From: Candidatus Bathyarchaeota archaeon
GTDB taxonomy: Archaea; Thermoproteota; Bathyarchaeia; Bathyarchaeales; DTEX01
Assembly (NCBI GenBank): GCA_963714275.1
Contig: CAVQNT010000007.1
Coordinates: forward strand, 128,001-192,000
Direction of reading: 5' to 3'
DNA length: 64,000 nt
Shown here: in pieces, positions 11,662 to 20,066 of the stretch
How positions within the stretch are numbered: position 1 is the first letter of the stretch
Layout: the number at the start of each line of letters is the position of its first letter
Translations under genes and position numbers: made by a program
The notes under the pieces: model-generated
What the model saw: only the letters and a program-made list of their open reading frames with translations
What the model was told of the DNA's origin: nothing
Databases searched by the model: none

Positions 11662-11723
11662 TTACCATACCGTTTCGGGCTTCCAGTACACACGAGAGTG
11701 GGAAAATGATAAAAAATTTAATA

Positions 11724-12026
11724 TTACCAATGACTTCGCAGTCTCTTCCCGCTTACCCTTAGTAATGTTCTGATCATCTTGCCATTTCTAAGAAGTCTGT
11801 GAAGAAGCTCTCCATTTTCTGTTTTTCTATAATAATAATGTTCAGTTTCACGTATTTCCTCAATTAATTTGTCTTTAATTAGAAAATTATCCATCCATTG
11901 TCGGAATTGGGCTTCGTTTCCAAGTATTTTTATCAGATCCCACTTTGAAGACTTTCCCTTTTTTTGATCAATGCAATCAAGAAGCTCTAATGCGATAATG
12001 TCTGGCGCTCTCCTAGGAATAGACAT
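11724..12026 (-). CDS. Winged helix-turn-helix protein
   Basis: RRAPDIIALELL...YYRKTENGE, an archaeal wHTH pattern. Confidence 0.7.
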   Translation of the reverse strand: MSIPRRAPDIIALELLDCIDQKKGKSSKWDLIKILGNEAQFRQWMDNFLIKDKLIEEIRETEHYYYRKTENGELLHRLLRNGKMIRTLLRVSGKRLRSHW

Positions 12027-12036
12027 AGCAGCTCTC

Positions 12037-12378
12037 CTAGGATTCTTTCAATTCATCCTGAATTTTGAATAACTTAGAGTACTTGCCACTAAGTCTAAAG
12101 TAGTTGAAAATCTGGGCTAATCCACAGAATATCAATACTCCTCCAACGAATAATGGTATGTAAAGGCGACTTTGAAGGACATCCATGTTGGATAGGATTG
12201 TCTCCACGCCAAACAGTAGTGAGATAAGCCCGAAAAACAGATAGGTCTTAACGCCCCAATAAAGGTCTTTTACAAGATCCTTCGCATCAACAATTAGATT
12301 CTCAAATATCGCATTCAGAGTCGATATCTTTTCGACCTGTTTTTTCTCTGTTAGTCCTTCATCCTCCATTTCTATCAC
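12037..12378 (-). CDS. Two-TM hypothetical membrane protein
   Basis: Two hydrophobic helices; GGGAG upstream. Confidence 0.65.
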   Translation of the reverse strand: MIEMEDEGLTEKKQVEKISTLNAIFENLIVDAKDLVKDLYWGVKTYLFFGLISLLFGVETILSNMDVLQSRLYIPLFVGGVLIFCGLAQIFNYFRLSGKYSKLFKIQDELKES

Positions 12379-12691
12379 CTACACTCCCAATTCCTGAGAG
12401 TGCATAAAACATTTGTTCTGAAAATAGTCACATAACTACTTCTAGCTGGAATTTCTTGCTTAGGTTTGTGTGATATACGTTAAACACGATACAGGGGATG
12501 CAGAGTAATGAAGCGGATAAGAAAGAGAATTTTAAAGGTGTAATTAAATAGTTTTACATTGTTAGCGATCAGGACCCTGAAGAAAGATACAACGTCTGTC
12601 CCTTTGGTTCATAATCTTAATGTTAATTGTGACTAACATGTGTTTCTCGGTTAAAACTCAATAAGAAAAAACTAGCTAATAGGTGTTTAAT

Positions 12692-12952
12692 GTGAGTACT
12701 AAACGTTCACGGATTGAAATTTACCTCGACATTTTACAGACAATAAAAAAAGGCGTCAACAAGCCCACCCGCATCATGTACAGTACTAACCTTTCCTGGA
12801 AGCCTCTTACGCGGGTTCTCGACACAATGATGGAGCAAAAGTGAATTACTTATGAAGAGATAGGTAACCACATAACTTACAAGATTACAGAGAAAGGCAC
12901 GAATGTGATCAACTACTTCCATGAAGCCATGCAACTCATAGAAATCAAATAA
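12692..12952 (+). pseudogene. Winged-helix transcription regulator with an internal TGA; not in the ORF track; stop codon overlaps the degenerate core at 12947
   Basis: Manual translation MSTKRSRIEIYLDILQTIKKGVNKPTRIMYSTNLSW...K*ITYEE...YKITEKG. Confidence 0.75.
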
Positions 12953-12961
12953 ATTTTAGTC
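12947..12961. repeat. Degenerate core site AAATAAATTTTAGTC followed by CCACACACA
   Basis: 12/15 match with a C/A-rich arm like the other copies. Confidence 0.6.
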
Positions 12962-12975
12962 CCACACACAAGATC

Positions 12976-14168
12976 TCATTCAGTCTTATGAAGCATCTTT
13001 TTGTAGTAGTTCTTTGCTGCGTATATCCTTTTGTTTCCTTCAGCTGCACAGATTGATAAGCATCTTGCGCAGGACCATTCTGGAAATAATGATATCATCT
13101 GTCCCCTTTCGTCACAACACTGACCAAAATCAAACTGGAGTTTTCCTTCCCAGAACCTGTGTTTTTGTTTTGCAGTTTGTTCTAGAAACCTTCCATTGGG
13201 GGTTGGAGCAGAATTTGACTGGGCTCCAGAAGGACAGCAACCAATACATTTTCCGCAACCTTCATCATCATAAGGAATGTAAGTGCAGAATCGATACTTG
13301 TTAATTTCTAACTCGGTGTTTGTAAAATCAAATAATTTGAATAGAAACTCACGCCAGTCTTTAGAAGGATAAATAACACCATTACTACCATCATTAACCA
13401 AGTCTTCCTTGTCAAACATGATGATGGACCTGATTGGACCAACAAATCTCTTGACCTCTCCGTCAATAAATTGATCCCTAAAGACGATCCTCGATATTCC
13501 GAACTGCCCAAGACCCATGAGCACAGCGATGCTCTTTTGTGGATAGTTGCCGCCTTTGGATGGTCCATGGGAAACGCCTTGATGCGTTAGAGGTACAGCC
13601 TCTGTGGAAACATTCTTAACGTTCTCATTGTCCATTGCTACTACCACTCTATCATCCGCGACGAGATCAATAGCAACCCTACTGGTAGCTTTATCTATCA
13701 TTAGATTCACATCTTCATACATTCGAGAGAACAGGTGAGAAGAGCCCCTCTTCTTTTCATGGATAAGCGAGTATAATCCTCAATGACTTTTAGAGAAAAA
13801 GGCAGCATTACAGAAATTATCACTACTCGACTATAATTTTTAAGCGCGAAATTGAAGGAACGGGGAACTTGAAAGATTGTTTGTCTGCCATACTCGTCAA
13901 CATTTTCTTTTCTCCTATTTGCATAGAACTCCCAGATCTCCTGTAAACCGACTGGAAAGAAGCCAACAACTGCTGGATTTCTTAACCCTTCCCACAAATC
14001 ATAGTTTAAAGGAACATTCCCAACAGCTAATTTTACAGCAGGCTCCCCATTTTCATCCAAGGCATACTTTATATTATCTCTACCCCACTGGAATTCTGGC
14101 TCTTCTTGCAGTTCAGTTATCTTCTCCTTGAATATGTTTGTAAGTTCGCTTATAACATCTATCACCAT
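12976..14168 (-). CDS. Fe-S protein of the epoxyqueuosine reductase/reductive dehalogenase-like family (frameshift near 13750)
   Basis: QKSIAVLMGLGQFG, CGKCIGCCP, CARCLSIC. Confidence 0.7.
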
Positions 14169-14350
14169 ATAAAAAACATCTCTTTGGGATTATAATTCAA
14201 AATTTCTATGCTAAACGATTAAAGACTTTTGGTGCATGTGTTTTTTGTATGATTTGTATGATTAATTGGTAGATTAGTTAATTGATTGATATAGTGAGAG
14301 AGAGATTGAGATTGGGTGATCGTTAAGTTGGAATAAAATTTCAATTCCTT

Positions 14351-14365
14351 CCTTAAAATTTAACC
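14351..14365. repeat. Degenerate core site CCTTAAAATTTAACC, with a second partial copy at 14331-14347
   Basis: 12/15 match; G/T-rich tract upstream (14230-14330), pyrimidine tract downstream. Confidence 0.65.
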
Positions 14366-14443
14366 TTTTTCTTCTGTTCTGTGTGCTCTCTACTTTCATA
14401 CAACAAATATATCAAGGGAATGGCTAGCTAGCCAAGTATACGA

Positions 14444-15114
14444 TTGAAGGATGTGCTAATGAAAAAAAGAGTGTTACTGAACCTTGTAAGTGTGGCAGCT
14501 ATCTCAGTTATCTCTGCTATAATTTTGTGGGATATCCTGTTCTTACAGAGAAGCCTGGGACAAATTGGACTATTCAGCATCTTTTTTGTCTCAATGATTA
14601 GCCACATGACAATCGTGGCTAGAGATATGTTTTTGCCTTTGTTTCTATCACTCAAGCTGGAGTACAATCCTATTCTTCTCGGAATACTTGCTGGTTGGGG
14701 AGGAGCATTAGGTGATGTTTCTTCCTATTTTCTGGGCTGGGGAATTGGTGAGTCCATACGAAATGAGCAAGGAGGAGGCAAAATCATCTGACTCGATGGA
14801 TAAAACAACATGGTCTGTGGGCGGTCTTATTGTTCGCTGTAACTCCATTGCCTGACACGCCGATTCTTATTCTCGCGGGATCAAGCCAACTTCCATTCAA
14901 GAAGCTACTACTCGTCGAGGGCATAGGTAAAACCGCATTATACAGCCTAGGGGGATTTGTGGGCAGTTTTATAATGGAGGATTTCAGTGGCACAATTGGA
15001 AGTTTGTATTCCTCCATTGCCATAGTTGTTTTATCAATAATATTCTGCATCCTAATCACATGGAACAGAAGTAGGAAGGCTCTTTTCGGCTGGCTCGAGA
15101 AGTTTATACACTAA
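14444..15114 (+). CDS. VTT/SNARE-associated (DedA/YqaA-like) membrane protein (frameshift near 14780)
   Basis: GGALGDVSSYFLG and FAVTPLPDTPILILAG motifs. Confidence 0.8.
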
Positions 15115-15122
15115 CTGCAGCA

Positions 15123-15191
15123 AGTAGCAACTATTCTAGGAATCCACATTTCTCGTCCGACTCTTAGATACTTTGCAAATAGTAAGACTTC
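15123..15191 (-). pseudogene. cas1: Second 3'-terminal remnant of a cas1 paralogue
   Basis: Translates EVLLFAKYLRVGREMWIPRIVAT versus intact EALIFAKYLRGERETWAPRIAVT. Confidence 0.8.
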
Positions 15192-15208
15192 AGAGGGCTC
15201 GCGAGAAA

Positions 15209-15283
15209 GATTAAAATTTAATCCCCAAACCCAAACCCAAACCCAAACCCAAACTACCTCACTCTACCTCACTCTCTCTCTAG
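15209..15283 (+). repeat. Left terminal repeat: core + (CCCAAA)5 + CTC-rich tract
   Basis: Read directly; imperfect inverted copy at 19561-19639. Confidence 0.9.
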
Positions 15284-15359
15284 TAATACCTAAAGAAACC
15301 AAGAAACCAACAAACAATCAAACAAACGAACAAACAAACAGAACAAAAACAAATAAAAA

Positions 15360-16183
15360 TTACTCTGAGCAGTCGGTAAGTGAAGGTAGATTGGGCAATT
15401 TACTACTAACCCAATCATGGAGAGTTTGGCATGCCTTCGGTCTATCTATGGATCCTTTCGAGTCCATCCATTCTTTCCAAACATCATAGAACTCTTTCAT
15501 CTCCTTCAATAGGGGGTCAACCTTTTTATCAACTAATATATCCTTCTTAAGATCTGAAAAGCTGTTGTAGTTTCTCTCTCTAACCCAATGACTTAGGTAG
15601 ACGAGTCTACTAGTTATGTACATCATCATGTCTTGGCAAAGCCCTGCTGTACCTTCAAGGCTTTTCTTCCAGTCAGGATCTCCAAGCCATTGTTGGGCTC
15701 GTGCGTAGTCAGTAACGTCCTGAGCAAATAGACTCCATGTGTAGAATATGTTAACAACGCTATTGTAGAGTCTTAGCTCCTTGTCAAAGAACATAAGACT
15801 TATGAAGATATGGCGTAGCCAAGCTGTAGTCATATCCCACAAGAATCTCTGACCAATTTGTTCTTGCTTACGCTATCAATGAATTCTTTAATATTACTCC
15901 TGTGCAGTTCCAGATTCCTCAAAATATAGCCGATTGTGGTAGTACATGTCAGACCATATCTCGAGATATCGCTATTTATTGCGTCTATTCCTTGATCGAG
16001 ATATACCATCTCAATATTCCTATTGATCTCTGACCTTCGTTGCAGTCTGAATTGGTACCAAGTGATTATTATACTTCCTATTATGCCGCTTCCAAAGAGA
16101 AGTGTGAGAATGATATTCCAATCCAAATCCATGAATAAAAGATAACCGACAATGTATTTAATCTTTAACAAGGCTGATTTCAT
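15360..16183 (-). CDS. Cargo hypothetical protein with N-terminal TM helix (frameshift near 15840)
   Basis: Two abutting ORFs directly downstream of cas1. Confidence 0.6.
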
Positions 16184-16189
16184 AATAGT

Positions 16190-17224
16190 TCAAGTGACTG
16201 CGATTCTTGGTGCCCAAGTTTCCCGTTCTCCTCTAAGGTATTTAGCGAAAATTAAGGCTTCTTCGTTAATCAATGTTTCAAGGGTTTGTCTTTGACCGTG
16301 TTTGATTCTGGGAATTTCAACCTTAGACTCAAAAAAGAGGTTAAGCTTCCTCATCAAGTCTGAAGTCTTGGAATCGTTCAAGTATTCTCTTTTGCCCTTC
16401 TTAATCCTTGAAAGCCTTTCAGTCTTAACCGTGAAGTCTTTAACCTTGAGATTTTGGCAATATTGAACCAAAAAATCATCGATTAGATAACGATAGAGTT
16501 CTTGAAAATCGCATACTAAACTGGGCTTTCCGAACTGAATTGAATGCAAAAAGCCTAAGTAAGGTTCAAGCTTCGCCTTTATTATGGCTCTGTGAATCTT
16601 CCACTTTAAGACTTCATAGGCAAGATTGAAAGTGTTGTTCATGCCATCATAGGCTAAAAATGTCTCCCTAGAATGAGGTCTAACCTTTTCTGGAAACAGC
16701 ATGAAAATTCTACGAAAGTAAGCCCTAGAGTATTTGGCTTCAAAAGCTGACAGTCTCATCCTAATATGGTCTAGACTTTCTGACTCAATTCCTTCAATCT
16801 CATGTTTAAAACCCAAATTATGCGGTTCTAAACCATACTTTTCTAAGACTTTGTTCTGTCCCTCAATCTTGCATTGAACGAACTGTTTAGCGATACCGAT
16901 TCCCTTCCCGTTCTGCAAAGCTTCATACTGACATACTCTGGTTTTGACGTGGGAATCGTCTTCTAGGCTTCTCAACATCGCAACAGGTCTTCCTCTCTGA
17001 GTCAAGATTAAGACATCTATGTCCCAGAATCCTAGAGACGCTAAAGCTCCTGTGGAAACAGAGTTACCGCTTTTTAGAATGACTTCTCCTATTTCTTGTT
17101 CAAACAATGGATACCTGTCAACATTGTCATTTTTGTCCTTAACTACGAAACAGCCTTTCTCCATGCCTAAATACGAGCCTTGACCGTCAAGAACAAGTTT
17201 TAAGACTTTAGAACCTTGAACCAT
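16190..17224 (-). CDS. cas1: Cas1 endonuclease/integrase, stand-alone (not CRISPR-linked)
   Basis: G.YLG...G.FVV N-terminus; catalytic E (FEAKYSRAYF), H (LGFLH) and D (SLVCDFQELYR); NNTFNLAY. Confidence 0.96.
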   Translation of the reverse strand: MVQGSKVLKLVLDGQGSYLGMEKGCFVVKDKNDNVDRYPLFEQEIGEVILKSGNSVSTGALASLGFWDIDVLILTQRGRPVAMLRSLEDDSHVKTRVCQYEALQNGKGIGIAKQFVQCKIEGQNKVLEKYGLEPHNLGFKHEIEGIESESLDHIRMRLSAFEAKYSRAYFRRIFMLFPEKVRPHSRETFLAYDGMNNTFNLAYEVLKWKIHRAIIKAKLEPYLGFLHSIQFGKPSLVCDFQELYRYLIDDFLVQYCQNLKVKDFTVKTERLSRIKKGKREYLNDSKTSDLMRKLNLFFESKVEIPRIKHGQRQTLETLINEEALIFAKYLRGERETWAPRIAVT

Positions 17225-17308
17225 TATTTCACTCTCTTTTCATCACATTATCATTACGCAAGATAGATATATAAGAATTGTGATGATAAAGTAATGAGGA
17301 TGTAGTGA

Positions 17309-17470
17309 ATGATACGAAGTCTTAAATTAAAAAGAACACTTTCAGAATCAGGTAGAACTTTAGTTCTCAGAATACCTAAAGACATTGAAAGGTCTCTTTT
17401 GCTTAAGCTTGGAAACGAAGTCTACATATGGGTTGAAAATGGAAAAATTATCGTAGAACCTATAAGTTAA
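17309..17470 (+). CDS. AbrB/MazE/SpoVT-family DNA-binding protein (53 aa), divergent from cas1
   Basis: Manual translation ...SGRTLVLRIPKDIERSLLLKLGNEVYIWVENGKIIVEP. Confidence 0.85.
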   Translation: MIRSLKLKRTLSESGRTLVLRIPKDIERSLLLKLGNEVYIWVENGKIIVEPIS

Positions 17471-17527
17471 GTCTTTCACTTAGCAAATTTAAGACTTCAG
17501 CTCGTCAACCCCATAGAAGTGAACTCC

Positions 17528-17671
17528 TCACTCCTCAGCCTTCTTCCTTCCATACTCAATGGCTTCGTTGATAGTTTCACATTCATACAGTTCAGAGCTG
17601 AAAAACGAGAAACGGTAAATACCTTCTTGTTTCTTCTCTGTAACTTCATATTTAACCTTAAATTTCCTCAC
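17528..17671 (-). CDS. Small hypothetical protein (47 aa; frame continues to 17489 past a TGA)
   Basis: Manual translation; GTG start overlaps the upstream stop, GAGGTG ribosome-binding site. Confidence 0.5.
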   Translation of the reverse strand: MRKFKVKYEVTEKKQEGIYRFSFFSSELYECETINEAIEYGRKKAEE

Positions 17672-17841
17672 TTTTTCACCTCACTTTGTGGCGGTTCAAA
17701 GACCAAAGTGTAAGCCTTTTTCCCTTCAAGCACCTCTTTGACTTCGTCAATTTTCACGAAATATCGAACGTGTTTTATGACTACAGAGAGCTTCAAACTG
17801 TTCTTGGTTAAACTGACATAGCCACAGTCTTTCCAAACCAT
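17668..17841 (-). CDS. Small hypothetical protein (57 aa)
   Basis: Manual translation MVWKDCGYVSLTKNSLKL...; GAGGTG upstream. Confidence 0.6.
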   Translation of the reverse strand: MVWKDCGYVSLTKNSLKLSVVIKHVRYFVKIDEVKEVLEGKKAYTLVFEPPQSEVKK

Positions 17842-17907
17842 AACCCTTTCACCTCTCGAATACTGTCTTTTTTATCCTTCAAGTAAGCATTGATACGTTT
17901 CAAATTG

Positions 17908-18351
17908 TCAAACTCGAGACTTTTGAGTTTCAAGGTACTCTTTGACTTGTCCATCTTGCTTTCCATACCCGAAAACAACTCGTGGAGGAGGCTTCTTTCC
18001 TTTGCTTAGACACCTTACGGTTGAAGTTGTCTTAAGTCCCTGCATCAAGACATAGTTTTTTAAAGGTTCAATGTTTGACAGTCTCGCAACCCAGTCCATG
18101 ATTTTAACGTTTGTTTCCCATCTTACTCTGCGGTTGAAAATTACCGAAAAATTTCTCGAAATGTATCCATGTACCAGTTTGTGCCGAATTCTAATTAGAT
18201 GTTCTCGACTGCTTGACTCCAAAATTACGAATCCGTTCTGGTGATGGTACTTGCACACCATAAAAGCCCAAAATTTCACGATTGACAATGAAGTATTATC
18301 TATGTCTAGGCGAACTGTGTCGTTGCTCCAGTCTCCCCAATAAGGACTCAT
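17908..18351 (-). CDS. Hypothetical protein, possible minimal archaeo-eukaryotic primase (AEP)-like fold
   Basis: VRLDID (DxD), FVILESS...NFSVIF (motif II-like, His absent), STVR. Confidence 0.5.
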   Translation of the reverse strand: MSPYWGDWSNDTVRLDIDNTSLSIVKFWAFMVCKYHHQNGFVILESSSREHLIRIRHKLVHGYISRNFSVIFNRRVRWETNVKIMDWVARLSNIEPLKNYVLMQGLKTTSTVRCLSKGKKPPPRVVFGYGKQDGQVKEYLETQKSRV

Positions 18352-18828
18352 TTAGGATTCGACCTCTTTCTGATCCCATGTTTTTTCCATATCGAGATAT
18401 TTGTCTGGGTTTCCCGTGATGTTCGTGGCTTTGATTGTTAGGAATTGCTTCTTAGGTGGATGTTGGCTAGCAAGCATCATGGCTTTGTATAGTTCACGTC
18501 CAGAACCATGCATCTGGATTCTTTTTGATTCTCCGTCCACTTTGCCATAAACTGCAACATGTTTGCCTCTGGGAGCTCTTCTTCTTACAACTTTAGTGGG
18601 TTTTCTGGGTTTTTTCCTATACTTGGTCGGAGTGTATTTTGATGGCTCAGATTTGGGTTTCCGTCCCTTAAATTCCCGCACATAGCCTAAGAGCTTCTGC
18701 CTCTTCATGCCCATGTGATGAGCTTGAAGGTCTCGTTGAATAGCGTTTGCACTCATGCCTTTCGCTGAGTCAGCCTTGATTCGGTCAACCTGCTCTTTAG
18801 ATGCTCCCCCTTTCTTAGGCATAGTCAA
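18352..18828 (-). CDS. Basic (K/R-rich) putative DNA-binding protein
   Basis: N-terminal HTH-like GMSANAIQRDL; very basic composition. Confidence 0.65.
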   Translation of the reverse strand: MTMPKKGGASKEQVDRIKADSAKGMSANAIQRDLQAHHMGMKRQKLLGYVREFKGRKPKSEPSKYTPTKYRKKPRKPTKVVRRRAPRGKHVAVYGKVDGESKRIQMHGSGRELYKAMMLASQHPPKKQFLTIKATNITGNPDKYLDMEKTWDQKEVES

Positions 18829-19155
18829 AAGCCCTTCTCAAGTTCTATCAGCTCATGCGCTACTCGGAGATAATCCTCAATCGTAGAACGCTTAAAATAC
18901 AGTCCTAGAGATGTTGCTATTTGGTTCTCGGGAATTCCACTCTGCAAAAGTTGTTTGACTTTGTCGATATTGTATTTTCGTCTTGATGAGCCTTCGCCTT
19001 TGCTCCATTGGTCTAAAAATTGATTATTAAGGAGCTTTGCTGATTCTGGAAGAGTCTTTTTTGAATTCTGTATCTAAGTCTTTTTTAGGCTTCTTTTTTT
19101 CTTTTAGACTTTTTTCTATGTCCTTCAGTTCTTCTACGGTTGATTTTTCAGTCAC
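18825..19155 (-). CDS. HTH-containing hypothetical protein (frameshifted, missing from the ORF track)
   Basis: Manual translation ...IDKVKQLLQSGIPENQIATSLGLYFKRSTIEDYLRVA; overlaps neighbouring starts and stops. Confidence 0.55.
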
Positions 19156-19367
19156 TGTTTAGTCTCCTTTTCAATTTCGATTTGATGTTTTAGGTGCTGA
19201 AGCAGAATTTCCAGAGAACGCTTGACTTGTGTTGTCGTTAATTTTGGATTGTAGAGGACGACGGCGAAAGCATTAGGAAGAGCCTTTGGGCTTTCGCCTA
19301 GAATGTTAATGAAGTCTTGAGGGATGTACATACTGTTTTCTTTGTTTATGCTCATTTGTCTGTCCAT
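19152..19367 (-). CDS. Small AbrB-like protein, first gene of the element's leftward operon
   Basis: MSINKENSMYIPQDFINILG pattern; TATA box about 40 bp upstream. Confidence 0.55.
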   Translation of the reverse strand: MDRQMSINKENSMYIPQDFINILGESPKALPNAFAVVLYNPKLTTTQVKRSLEILLQHLKHQIEIEKETKQ

Positions 19368-19419
19368 ATCATTTCACTATGAAAATCTGAGGATTTGGAT
19401 AAGTATATAAAACTTATGC

Positions 19420-19475
19420 TTCAATTTATATCAAATTGATATAGATTTGTTTCAATTTACTATAAATTGATATAG
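19420..19475. promoter_or_regulatory. Two tandem palindromic operators TCAATTT-N5-AAATTGA (31-bp period)
   Basis: TTCAATTTATATCAAATTGATATAG at 19420-19444 and TTCAATTTACTATAAATTGATATAG at 19451-19475, just upstream of the minus-strand TATA box. Confidence 0.7.
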
Positions 19476-19560
19476 GTTTATTTCTCTGTTCTGACTGTGT
19501 GTGGTGCGTATCTTTCTCTGTTTGTCTGTCTGACTGACTGTTCGTCTGACTGACTATCCT

Positions 19561-19639
19561 CTGAGAGAGAGGGAGAGAGAGGTTGAGGTAGAGTGAGTTA
19601 GAGAGTTTGGGTTTGGGTTTGGGGGATTAAAATTTAATC
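19561..19639 (-). repeat. Right terminal repeat: GAG-rich tract + (TTTGGG)3 + core
   Basis: Read directly; inverted counterpart of 15209-15283. Confidence 0.9.
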
Positions 19640-19941
19640 TTCTTCTCAGGTCTATTTGTTGCTTCGAGAACTAGGCGTCCTCGCCACCCACATTTTCTGC
19701 ATTCAAACTTGGGAGAAGTTAGAAACCTGTGAGCCAGCATGTCTCCATTCATGGTTCCAACTCTCTTAACCTGAGGACTTTTGCATCTAGGACAGATTTG
19801 GATATCAACATACTTTCCCTGTTTCCTCAATTTCTCCAATGTTTCTAACAATTTAGAAATATTTTGGCTTTCACTATCCTCTGTACAAGCAACAGGCTGT
19901 CGCTTCCCCTTCTTTTCCTCTTTCATTTCTTTATCGCTCAT
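19627..19941 (-). CDS. Zn-ribbon protein; stop codon lies inside the core site
   Basis: CPRCKS...FECRKCGW; ends ...KIKF*. Confidence 0.7.
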   Translation of the reverse strand: MSDKEMKEEKKGKRQPVACTEDSESQNISKLLETLEKLRKQGKYVDIQICPRCKSPQVKRVGTMNGDMLAHRFLTSPKFECRKCGWRGRLVLEATNRPEKKIKF

Positions 19942-20066
19942 ATACTAAAACCTCTCTAGCATCATAAAATCCTTTTTAAGTTCATTCTTAACAATCTAAG
20001 CTAAGAACTTGACCTTATCCTGATCTCCACGCATTTCAATAATTTTGTGAGATTTTTAAAGCGATG

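Larger units (their letters stand above)
15209..19639. mobile_element. Cas1-solo (casposon-like, PolB-less) element with low-complexity inverted ends and identical 15-bp flanking sites
   Basis: GATTAAAATTTAATC at 15209-15223 and 19625-19639; (CCCAAA)5 inside the left end versus (TTTGGG)3 inside the right end; shared inverted block CTCACTCTACCTCA (15258-15271 / 19584-19597); intact cas1. Confidence 0.75.

Noticed and set aside
12734-12934. Minus-strand 66-aa ORF
   Set aside because: Shadow of the plus-strand wHTH pseudogene at 12692-12952.
15224-17500. Canonical CRISPR array or cas operon near cas1
   Set aside because: No regularly spaced 25-40 bp repeats with unique spacers, and no cas2, cas4 or effector genes in the window.
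10584-19639. Classical integron attC sites or Xer dif site
   Set aside because: No RYYYAAC...GTTRRRY hairpins; the core has a 1-bp centre rather than the 6-bp spacer between 11-bp arms of dif.
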